This document shows, one piece after another, positions 1 to 11,640 of a stretch of 64,000 nucleotides of DNA; the stretch's first letter is position 1, and each line of letters opens with the position of its first letter. Source of the DNA: the human T2T-CHM13v2.0 reference genome, Homo sapiens; the NCBI RefSeq assembly GCF_009914755.1, contig NC_060930.1; one strand, 5' to 3'. A model generated the notes under the pieces. The model ran no database searches. It had not been told where the DNA came from and saw nothing but the letters and a program-made list of their open reading frames with translations. A program made the position numbers and the translations under genes.

Positions 1-657
1 TCTTAGAGTTTTTTAATTATAAAAGTAGCACACGTTTGTGATAAATAATGTAAAATGTCAAGTTCTTTTCATCCCCTAGAAATAATCACCCTCCAATCTT
101 TTCTATGGGTCTTCTAAGGCTTTTCTCTAAACTCATTTTTGTCATATACAAAGAAAAAGTAAAAAATTAATATCTAGGCCATTTGGGAAAGGCAGCCTAT
201 TGCTTGTTGCTCTGTTTACATGTTTGTCTCTTTTCAAAAAAATACCTGTAAGTGCAGAATGTATCACAGCTAAACTGTACATTGTCTAATGTCATCTTTA
301 TTATATCTCAGTGACATTCCTCCCCCATAACTAAATTTTATTAAGCTTTCAGTGGGAAAGAGCCTCTAATTTGCAAGATTTTGAAAATGTGAAGAGTTTA
401 AAAGTTCCACATGAGCTTATGAGATTTTTGAAACTATTTCCTGGATCATCTTGAAGATTCCTTGTTAAACTCAGTTTCACATGATGTTAAGAGGCTGATA
501 CTAACGACTTTTAGATAATATCCCCCTTTCTATGAGGAATGGGTTGAATCATATCACAGAAGAAATTGACAGGAAATTGTAGCATCTCTCTGAGTAAATA
601 AGAAGGCTTACACATTAGGTGAATATGACGACACGGAGGACCATTGAAACATGCCTG

Positions 658-1122
658 TGTCAACCAAAAGAAGAAGCTAAAGCACAAAGTGTGGTTGAAA
701 GAGTTGACTTGAGCCAGAATAAGGACAGCTGCCCAGATGACTCACCCAAACTGCTTGCTTGGCCTTTGTTACAGGCAGATTTTTAAAGGCAAAAAGAAAA
801 AAACAAAAACAAAAAAACAGGAGGCAGGGGAGGGGGGCCGGTGTTACCGAGTAGACTGTTAGACAGTTCTGTCAGGAATTCTCATGGATATACAGAAGTA
901 ACAGTGATTAGTGACTGCCTGTCCACGGTTAAGCTATAGAATGTGGGATATAGTGTCCAGTGCCACATTACTAGGTTAATTCACAGCTACCTGTGGCAAT
1001 GGGAAGCAGCTTCAGTAAAGTGTGGAGTAGGATGTGATTGCTGTCTCATCTTAATGCCTCTTTGGGGCCTAGTAATTTGAAAGGGCCCACATTCCTCAGA
1101 TAAAAGTCCTTTTCTTTCCTCA
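658..1122 (-). mobile_element. ERV1-class solo LTR (MER4-group, MER101-like) in HIVEP1 intron
   Basis: TG...CA termini (tgtcaacc at 658, ttcctca at 1122). Minus-strand start TGAGGAAAGAAAAGGACTTTTATCTGAGGAATGTGGGCCC resembles recalled MER4-group LTR starts. No clean TSD. Carries a TGACTCA (AP-1) at 738-744. Confidence 0.6.
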
Positions 1123-1626
1123 TCTATAATACTATTCAAATCTAAAGAAAATGTATGTTGCTCACAGATACCAACAGCCATCAGTTTTTTGTGTTTGATT
1201 TAATTTGTTCAGTAAAAGGAAGATACAAAATAGGGAAAAAGCTCAGGAAAAGAGTTGCGTTGAACTCTTTATTAATTTTATATGTAGTTCAGTTGTGTTT
1301 TAAAGATTTTCAAGTGCAATCTTAGAGGCCTTCATTTCCTTGTTTCTTGATTACCCTCCACCTGCCTCATTCCCCTTCTGAGAGTCATTTCCCATTCCTC
1401 GTCCCTGACCCCGGCCCCTCCCGCAGAGCTGCCCTCCTCTGAATCCTGATGGCCAACTGTCTTATTCTTCCCCAGGGCCTTCTCAGCCAGGGCGGAGGCT
1501 CGTTGTGGGCAGGGTCCTTGTCTTTTATAATCCTTGCAGAGTTGCCAAACGTATAAAAAATTTTTAAAATAGCACTTGTGCACTTGGAAAGCATTCCATC
1601 ACATACCTCTTGGTTGTTTTTATTAG

Positions 1627-2117
1627 ATGAAAAACAGAGATTCAGTTATGAGCGATCTGGATATGATCTTGAAGAATCTGATGGCCCAGATGAGGATGAC
1701 AATGAAAATGAAGACGATGATGAGGACAGCCAGGCTGAATCAGTCCTGTCAGCCACACCCTCAGTCACAGCTAGCCCGCAGCACCTTCCATCTAGAAGTA
1801 GCCTTCAGGACCCTGTGAGTACTGACGAGGATGTCAGGATCACCGATTGCTTTTCTGGGGTACACACGGACCCAATGGACGTTCTGCCCAGGGCGCTGCT
1901 CACCAGAATGACTGTCCTGAGCACAGCACAGTCTGACTACAATAGGAAGACACTCTCTCCGGGGAAGGCCAGGCAGCGTGCTGCGAGAGATGAAAACGAC
2001 ACAATTCCGTCTGTAGACACTTCCAGGTCCCCGTGTCATCAGATGTCTGTGGACTACCCTGAGTCAGAAGAAATTCTGAGAAGTTCTATGGCAGGAAAAG
2101 CTGTTGCTATAACACAG
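1627..2117 (+). CDS. HIVEP1: HIVEP1 penultimate coding exon (acidic/Ser-rich region after the C-terminal zinc fingers)
   Basis: Acceptor ttgtttttattAG at 1625-1626, donor CAG|GTAAAT at 2117/2118. Open frame (D)[37 protein letters not shown]...AVAITQ. Ends in phase 0, matching the next exon. Confidence 0.93.
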
Positions 2118-3469
2118 GTAAATGATTGGCAGTTGTTCTTTTATTTCTTTTTTCGTTTTAACCTATTAAATATGGAGAACTTAATGGCTTAAGAAAATAA
2201 TGCACTTAAGTGATTTTTTTAGGCCAAATCAGTTTGTATAGCTTTATTTTTTTCTTGTATTTAAGGGTAGAGGGTATTTTTGCCCTTTGGAGTCTTGTTG
2301 AGTATCTTAAGCAGTTCAGATATTTTATTGTAAATCTATGAAAGAACCAAATGGTTCTTGAAAAATACACCCATTTATTTTTATTTGCTTTTTGAAAAAT
2401 TTTTGAAATTAAAAAAAAAAAAAACGTGACAGTGGCGAACACAAGTCCCGCAACTGATTTATCTGCTGGCCCCTTCTGAGCAGTTTCTCCACTGGTGCTG
2501 ATGTGATGATGGATTTTCACTGACTTACCCAAACATTTTGCACTTTGCCCCCATTGGCAAGACAGCTACCAGTTTCTATGGCAAAGTTAATGTGACCCGA
2601 AAACACATCAAGAAGTTCACTTTGCTTGAATTATCACATTGCTACAGCAGCTTGGGAGAGCTTTCTGCCCAAGAACTATCTCAAGGCAGGCACAGGCCTC
2701 TGAAAAGTCACGCTCCATGTGCTGTGAGTGAGTCCCTGCTCTACCTCTGGCTGTTTTGTGACAAATGATTAATTCTGGGAGGAATACATTCTTCCCTCAT
2801 TGACAGTTCTCTTACCTCTAGTATGTATTGAATATTGCAATAGGATTTATGCCTAATTGTGGCAGATTGTGCTGTAAGCGTCTCTATCCCAAAACCTCTC
2901 AGACACTTACCAGTGCCTGGAAATCTGGTTTTCAGTAGACATTTCATAAACTTGCAAGTGATAGACAAACAACCAGAGAACTTTTTCATAGTAACATCTC
3001 TTCACAAATAATTCTTTAGTTCATTTTTCCCCATTGAGTTGACATAGCCAACTTGAATCTCAATTTCTCAGTAACTCTTAATCTCTAAAATAAGGTGGAG
3101 CTGGTAGTGCCAGAAACAGAAATAATAACAAAAATAGCAGCTTAAGAATATAGCTGTGTCCACTTCTCAGAGTTATTCTCTGTGTACAATATGACAAAAT
3201 CCAGGAAATTTGCTTCAGACATGCAAAAGACTATACAAGATGTATTGCCATTATTTCTACCAGAAACGAAATTAAAGATGTAATAATTGTTTAATTGGAA
3301 GCTTATTTTTAAAAATCGAAAAATAATTTCATTGCAGCAAACATCATTTTTATCAATGCAAATATACTTACTTTTATCTCATTGTGAAGAAATAGATTTA
3401 GCACTAGCTTTATATCTCAGTGATTACAAAAGACCTGTCATAAAAGGATTGCTCTCTCTTGTCATTTAG

Positions 3470-4648
3470 AGCCCATCATCTGTAAGACTTCCTCCTGCTG
3501 CAGCTGAGCACAGCCCCCAGACAGCAGCGGGGATGCCTTCTGTGGCCTCACCACATCCTGACCCTCAAGAACAGAAGCAGCAAATAACTCTACAGCCGAC
3601 TCCAGGCTTGCCTTCTCCCCACACTCATTTGTTTAGCCACCTTCCTTTGCATTCCCAGCAGCAATCGAGGACACCTTATAATATGGTTCCAGTTGGGGGG
3701 ATCCATGTGGTACCTGCTGGCCTCACATACTCCACGTTTGTGCCCCTTCAGGCTGGACCAGTGCAGCTCACGATCCCTGCTGTCAGTGTCGTTCACAGAA
3801 CTTTGGGTACTCATAGGAATACGGTCACAGAAGTGTCTGGCACTACAAACCCTGCTGGAGTGGCTGAATTAAGCAGTGTTGTGCCATGTATTCCTATCGG
3901 CCAAATCCGCGTGCCAGGCCTTCAGAACCTAAGTACCCCAGGCTTGCAGTCACTCCCCTCGTTAAGCATGGAAACCGTCAATATTGTAGGCCTAGCCAAT
4001 ACAAATATGGCCCCACAAGTCCATCCACCAGGACTGGCTCTGAATGCTGTCGGACTGCAGGTTCTGACTGCAAACCCTTCATCACAAAGCAGCCCCGCCC
4101 CTCAGGCACACATTCCAGGTCTCCAGATCTTGAACATAGCATTGCCCACCTTAATCCCCTCAGTCAGTCAAGTAGCCGTTGATGCACAGGGAGCTCCAGA
4201 AATGCCAGCTTCCCAAAGCAAAGCATGCGAGACACAACCCAAGCAGACTTCTGTAGCCAGCGCAAACCAGGTCAGCAGGACCGAGTCTCCTCAGGGGTTA
4301 CCTACAGTCCAGCGGGAAAATGCAAAAAAAGTTCTGAATCCACCTGCCCCTGCAGGTGACCATGCAAGGCTTGATGGCCTGAGTAAAATGGACACAGAGA
4401 AGGCTGCCTCGGCAAATCACGTGAAGCCCAAGCCTGAACTCACTTCCATACAGGGCCAACCAGCGTCCACGTCACAACCTCTGCTGAAGGCACATTCTGA
4501 AGTTTTTACAAAGCCCTCAGGCCAGCAGACTCTCTCTCCAGACAGACAGGTTCCCAGGCCCACAGCACTACCGCGGAGGCAGCCCACTGTGCACTTCAGC
4601 GACGTGAGCAGCGATGATGACGAGGACAGGCTTGTGATAGCAACCTGA
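3470..4648 (+). CDS. HIVEP1: HIVEP1 terminal coding exon (393 codons including stop)
   Basis: Acceptor ctctctcttgtcatttAG at 3468-3469. Frame [21 protein letters not shown] then the listed [11 protein letters not shown]...; contains Schnurri-family motif [13 protein letters not shown]; ends [21 protein letters not shown] (4646-4648). Confidence 0.95.
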   Translation, partial: SPSSVRLPPAAAEHSPQTAAGMPSVASPHPDPQEQKQQITLQPTPGLPSPHTHLFSHLPLHSQQQSRTPYNMVPVGGIHVVPAGLTYSTFVPLQAGPVQLTIPAVSVVHRTLGTHRNTVTEVSGTTNPAGVAELSSVVPCIPIGQIRVPGLQNLSTPGLQSLPSLSMETVNIVGLANTNMAPQVHPPGLALNAVGLQVLTANPSSQSSPAPQAHIPGLQILNIALPTLIPSVSQVAVDAQGAPEMPASQSKACETQPKQTSVASANQVSRTESPQGLPTVQRENAKKVLNPPAPAGDHARLDGLSKMDTEKAASANHVKPKPELTSIQGQPASTSQPLLKAHSEVFTKPSGQQTLSPDRQVPRPTALPRRQPTVHFSDVSSDDDEDRLVIAT

Positions 4649-4962
4649 TGGATTTTATTTTTTATTTGCTTTTTTTTTATATAACACTTAAAGGTTTCTT
4701 TGAAAACCCTCCTTTCCTTAAAGCACATTTTTCTGACATAAACTCATGACTAATCTTTGTGCAATCATGAACTTTTGACCAATAATTGTTGTTTTGTGTC
4801 AGCTCCAGCCATTTTTGTACATGTTGTATAGACAATTGTGCCTTTTAGGAGCTTTATGTTTAGAAACTGTACAGATTGTTGAATATCTATATACATAAAA
4901 ATATATTATATATGTATATGAAAACCAGGTAGTTATTTGTGTTTAGTAAGGAAAACCTGTCA

Positions 4963-4981
4963 AATAAATCAAATGATTAAA
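4963..4981 (+). terminator. Candidate proximal polyadenylation signals (AATAAA 4963-4968, ATTAAA 4976-4981)
   Basis: Canonical hexamers about 315 nt after the stop, with upstream TGTA motifs. Confidence 0.5.
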
Positions 4982-5161
4982 TTATATGTTCCACTGTTGA
5001 ATATAAATTTTATGGCTATGGGGCAGAGTTTCTGTGTATAAATTAGTATGTAAACTCCATATTTATTGTATTCATATTAGTCTTTGAAAATGGGTCTGTC
5101 CTCCTTGTGTAAGACAGTAACTTTACACTTCAGACAGATTTTCTGTGTTATGAAATGTTTC

Positions 5162-5167
5162 AGTAAA
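5162..5167 (+). terminator. Candidate distal variant polyadenylation signal AGTAAA
   Basis: Variant hexamer, a CA about 21 nt downstream (5188-5189), then a G/U-rich stretch ttgcttcagttgtgccttcttt. Confidence 0.4.
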
Positions 5168-7697
5168 ATATTGTTTACTGACTTTACCATTGCTTCAGTT
5201 GTGCCTTCTTTATATCATCCAGTGATCAGTGATCTGCATTTGGAAAATAGCCCTGGGTTCCATTCTTTCCACATTCCCCTCAACCCTTCATTTTTTTTAT
5301 AAACAGAGACTTTACTCGCCTTTCTACCATGTGAAACTGTAACTGAAATCCATACAACTGATTGACCTATTTTTCTTATTTGTGAGAAGTCATTTCATAG
5401 TTATTATTAGAAGACTAAATATATAAGAATACTTTCTGTATATACATAAAGCATATAGCCTAAAATGGGCAACGTTCCTAAATGAGGGTATGGAAATTTC
5501 TGGGAAACATGAGTTAAACCCCATTGTCCTTAGAATTTGGCTCAGATGAGACCCGTATAACCTCATTTCCAGGCTCCAACACCAGATCCATTCGTGGGCT
5601 ATGGGCTCTTCTTTCCCTTGATGCTGTTAAACTCACAGAGCTCTGTCCAGCACTGAACTACAGAGTGTCCAAGATTACCGAAGAGCCAAATTCAGACTTC
5701 TAAATTACTTAAGTGACTCTCTTTAGACATTACTATTTCCTGTCCTGGAAGGTTGAACCATCCTTATTCAGGAAAATATGGCGGCATGGGGAGCCCCCAA
5801 TTACCAGTGCAGTGATTTGCATTATTAATGATTATAGATGCTAGGTTTATGAGAAAAGTATTTTAATGTTGGAATTTAAATACTTAGCACATCATTAAGT
5901 CAATGTATTCACATTTTTAAAGGCTTGCTTAACAAAGATTGCAGAGACATGAAATAAGTAAGACAACAGCATGGTTTGCGAGGTGAGAGGTAGGGGACAG
6001 CCTATCTACTAAGGGGTTTGGAGACCTGCTGCTAGCCAACCCAGCTTCACGTCTGTGACTTTGCAAAGACCTGGCATTTCAACTTGCGTATCCTTATCTC
6101 AATTAGGATCTCCAAGGTGTGCTGCAGTCCCAGCACGCACTGGTGGATCTGTGATGCTTTAAATGAATGCTTCAATTTACATTTACATATTTCCATAGAT
6201 TAAGTAACAAAATTCTCTCAAAAACAATAAAACTACATTTTTATATTCTGAGATAGCTTTGGAAAGAATTCTGGAAATATCTGCTCTAGGGATTGCGTTG
6301 CCCTATCAATAATAGCTGTTGAAAATGAGGTCTGTTTTCTGTCCAGTTTCTCAAAATTAATGTTTTAACTGTGTCATGAACTTTTTATTGCCTAAAATTT
6401 TAAAGCAGTATAATAAGCATATTCTTAACTCCATAATTAAGTACAGATGACTCCTCTAAATTCAAAAATAATGCTTGGAGTTTTTAGCATTGAGGTTTTT
6501 TAGTTTCTATAGAATTTTCTTAATTTAAAAAATTCCTATACTTAAAGACAAGTGTTACGATGTGAGTGGATGTTCCCTTGAAATTTTCATAATGCTGTAA
6601 TGTACCTTACTCTTATTTTGTACTTTTCAAGATTCTTATTTTGGGCTTTTCAAAATTCAATGCATCGTGCAAATACCTTTACTATTGGCAACTTTCAAGC
6701 TTTATTGTAGCCTTTCAAGTATTTTGCTAGTATTTGAAATATGCAGCTCTATAAAAAATATTACCAAAGTCTAAGCCATTATATTTTGAAATTACATGCA
6801 CAAAATAGACAAGGGAACAATAATTTTGTGCTATTTCTCCGAAGTCGTCTTTTCCCAAGGAGCAGTGTCCACTTGATACTCCCAAATATAAACGACTTCC
6901 AAATAATGTAATTCGGAGAACTAATGGGACTACATTTGACTTTTATTCTGTTGCACTGTCGTGTGTGGAGACCCAGGCCTGTAGAGAACTAGGGTGCAAT
7001 GACATAGTAAGATAATTTATTGACAAAACAGGTGAAAGTTTTAATGTGTAACAATTTCAATACCTTGTGTGAATCCACTGCAATGCCATCATCAGAAGTA
7101 CTGGAAAAAACAGCTGAAGAACCACAGGTCGTTTTTCTAGTTAAAGATTATTATATCTGGCTTATGAAAATGTATTATAACATAAATCGAGGGCGTTCCA
7201 ATAACTTATTTTCATTCCCTAAACTTTAAGCCAAAATGATAATTCTTTCGAAATGATAATTAACCGATGGTATTGAATGTACAAATTTTGTTTCTCAGTT
7301 ATATTTTTCATAATATAGACCTGATTTTCCTTTCACAGAAACAGTATAAGTAACACGTTTCTTACTAATTAATCCCTGGCCTGAATTTTAAATGATAGCA
7401 GTTAATAAGGATTATGGAAAATAATCATTATTTTTGTTGGAAGACTGTCAAGATAGTTAATAGATCTTGATTCATGCTCAGTTCAAATTATAACATCAGG
7501 GTTCTTTTTGACTTTTCTGTTTTTCATCTTACATTTTGCAGTCAACTTCAAATAATACCAGAAAGATGATTTTCATTAATTTTGTTTCAAAACCATCTAT
7601 AAATTCTAAATACAGCATGTATATCACCTTAAGAATCTTCTCTCAAAGTGACTTCCCATGACTTAAAATTCTAAATTTCCTACTTAATATTCAAAAT

Positions 7698-8702
7698 ATG
7701 TATTTTGTAATATATATTTGTATATATATAATATATGTATATATTACATGCATGTCATATATACATGTTATATTACATGTATATATACATGTTATATTAC
7801 ATGTATATATACATGTTATATTACATGTATATATACATGTTATATTACATGTATATATACATGTTATATTACATGTATATATACATGTTATATTACATGT
7901 ATATATACATGTTATATTACATGTATATATACATGTTATATTACATGTATATATACATGTTATATATACATATACGTATATATGTTATATATACATATAT
8001 ACATATATGTGTGTAATATATACATATATACATATATGCATAATATATATACATATACATATCTACATGTGTATATGTGCGTGTATAATATATACATGTA
8101 CATGTGTAGATGTGCGTATATAATATATACACATGTACATGTATAGATGTGCGTATATAATATGTACACATGTACATGTATAGATGTGCGTATATAATAT
8201 ATACACATGTACATGTATAGATGTGCGTATATAATATATACACATGTACATGTATATCTGCGTATATTATATATACATGTACATGTATATATGTGTATAT
8301 TATATATACATGTACATGTATATATGTATATATTATATATACATATACATATGTGTATATATAATATATACATATGTGTATATATACATATATACATATA
8401 CACGTATATATGTATATTATATATACAGATATATGTGTATATCTATATTATATATAGATATACGTGTATATATACATATATACATATATACATATATACA
8501 TATATTATATACATATATATTATATATACAGATATACGTGTATATATACATATATACATATATACATATATTATATACATATATACATATATAATATACA
8601 TATATATTATATAATTATATATACATGTATATGTATATATTATATACATATACATGTATATATGTATATATATTATATATATAATATTTTATATAATATA
8701 TT
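7698..8702. repeat. Compound AT-rich minisatellite/low-complexity block (24-bp and 37-bp units, (TA)n-derived)
   Basis: 8 perfect copies of TATATTACATGTATATATACATGT at 7769-7960; about 5 copies of a 35-37-bp unit at 8079-8262; degenerate TA/CA repeats to about 8700. Confidence 0.95.
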
Positions 8703-8802
8703 TTAGTGGCAATAACTCCCTGCTCTCATTACCAAGTGGGGAAAAAAAGGAGAAAAGGTTTAAAGCAAGAATAGCAAAATGTTTTTCTATACAAATTATA
8801 TA

Positions 8803-9556
<754 letters not shown>

Positions 9557-10148
9557 TAATCTGAAAGTCATGATGCATTTACTTAAATATATTGGATTCC
9601 TAGTCTTTGCACACACAGGTTTATCTGGAACCTTGCTTATAAAGGTTCTCTGGAAGGCACTGTAGGCATAAGAGACATTATCTGCTCCTAGGTGTTCACT
9701 GTCTTCTGAATCTGGCTTGGGTTTGAAGAAAACGCCCAGACATCCAAAATCCAGTAATAATTTAAGTACCAACCAACTCCAAAAGAAATTAGAAGGTACA
9801 GTTTCTACCCCAGAGGAGAATGCCTGCTTAAGACAGATCAGGTAAACTAGGACATGACAATAGACCACATCATAGAGACCACAGACTTTAAAAATGTATG
9901 AGAGTTAAGAAAGTGATTGTCTTAAGAAGTTAAAGAATGATTTGTGTATACAGGGGATTGCTGTATTTTGAAGGAGGTATGGGATTTGGGACTTTAGAAT
10001 ATACATGATGCTAAGGAGTAGAACAAAAATAGTAGTCATGAAGTCTAAGACAAATGTGTGCCAGGGACCAGTCTAAGTGGAAGAGAGGATTCACTCAGAC
10101 ATTCGATAATATTTATTTAGCACCAATAGTGTAGAAAGCACTTTGGGA

Positions 10149-10451
<303 letters not shown>

Positions 10452-10724
10452 TTAAATGATGCCTGTCCTTCAGGAGCTTCAGTTCTAGTAGAAGAGTAAG
10501 TAAGCAAGATGCAAGGTATCTTGAATGGCAAAAGAAGGTACCACCGAGTCCAGCAGGAGTGCGAATGAAGGAGAATTCCTGGCTGAGTTGATGAGGGAGT
10601 GCTTCAAAGAGAATGAGACATTTAAATATGGCCTTGAAGGGACTTGGTTAAGCAGAGACAGTGGATGAGACAGAACAGACAGAAGCACTGTGGAGGAGAA
10701 TCCGTATTTATCCCTACGGCGTGC

Positions 10725-10850
10725 CATCTATAATCTTATGTAATCATTCCAAGCAGGAAGGATTATCTCTTCGTTTTATAGGTGGAGAGGCTGCAACTCA
10801 CAGATGTGATGAAACCTTGCCATGCAGATGCTGGGATTTGAAGCCAGGAT
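10725..10850 (-). mobile_element. MIR remnant
   Basis: Degenerate MIR core (gttttataggtggagaggctg...ctgggatttgaagccagg). Confidence 0.55.
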
Positions 10851-11498
10851 GGTGTGATGCAACAGCATAACACATAAGCAAATAGCAGGGAACGTGAAAG
10901 GGCATTGAGACCAAGGGAATAAACCACATTTTGGGATTTAGCAAGGCATCTGACGAAGCCGCAATAATATTATGGTTGGATTTAAGGATGATTAGTACGG
11001 TGGGCTCGTCAAGTGGAAAGAGCAATCAGTGGGTCAGAGCACTACAGGGAAAGGAGCACGGGCTGTGGACTCCAGAAACCATCACTGTCACTTTTCTAAT
11101 GTGTTAATAACTTACGGGAGAGTGAAGCAGTCACAGGACACAAAAGTAAGGAGGAAAGGGAAGTAATGCAGAGGAGGGTGGAAGCAATCACGAGTGACCC
11201 AGTGCCAAGCTGGCCACAGTATTCTTTCTTTTTAGTTGGCGGACTGAATAAAATAGAGGAAACATTTGTTGATGACCCAAATAGGTCAGGATCAGTGTCC
11301 AGAAGATTCAACCAAGTGGAGAGATGGGCTGAATATGAATAAGACAATTTAACAAGAAAGCAAAAGCCTTGGCACTTGGATTGAAAATTTAAGTGTACTA
11401 AAAAACAGCAGTTTGCTTTGCACAAAGTTCAGTATGTGCCACCCTCATCCCTCCCTCTCCCAAGAAAAAGCCTAATCTGGGGCATAGTAGAAATACGT

Positions 11499-11640
11499 TA
11501 TTTATTTTTTATTTTATGTTTTGTAGAGATGGGATTTTGCTATGTTGCCCAGGCTGTTCTTGAACTCCTGACCGCAAGCAATCCTACTGCCTCAGCCTCC
11601 CAAAGTGCTGGGATTACAGGCAGAGCCACTACGCCCAGCC
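11499..11640 (-). mobile_element. Alu monomer (FLAM/left arm)
   Basis: Single antisense Alu arm with T-rich tail. Confidence 0.85.

Larger units (their letters stand above)
4649..5190 (+). other. HIVEP1: HIVEP1 3' UTR (end approximate)
   Basis: AU-rich, repeat-free sequence after the stop, with many TGTA (CFIm-type) elements and poly(A)-signal candidates at 4963, 4976 and 5162. Confidence 0.7.

Noticed and set aside
1578-2192. 204-aa ORF as a standalone gene
   Set aside because: It is the HIVEP1 exon 1627-2117 plus intronic overhangs; splice sites explain the true limits.
3533-4648. 371-aa ORF starting at ATG 3533 as an independent protein
   Set aside because: The frame is open from the splice acceptor at 3470; the ATG is internal to the HIVEP1 last exon.
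7698-8706. Many overlapping Y/I/H/C/M-rich ORFs, and a CRISPR-like look of palindromic repeats
   Set aside because: The ORFs are translations of a stop-poor TA-derived minisatellite. The units are head-to-tail with identical 6-nt linkers, no unique spacers and no cas genes, in primate DNA.
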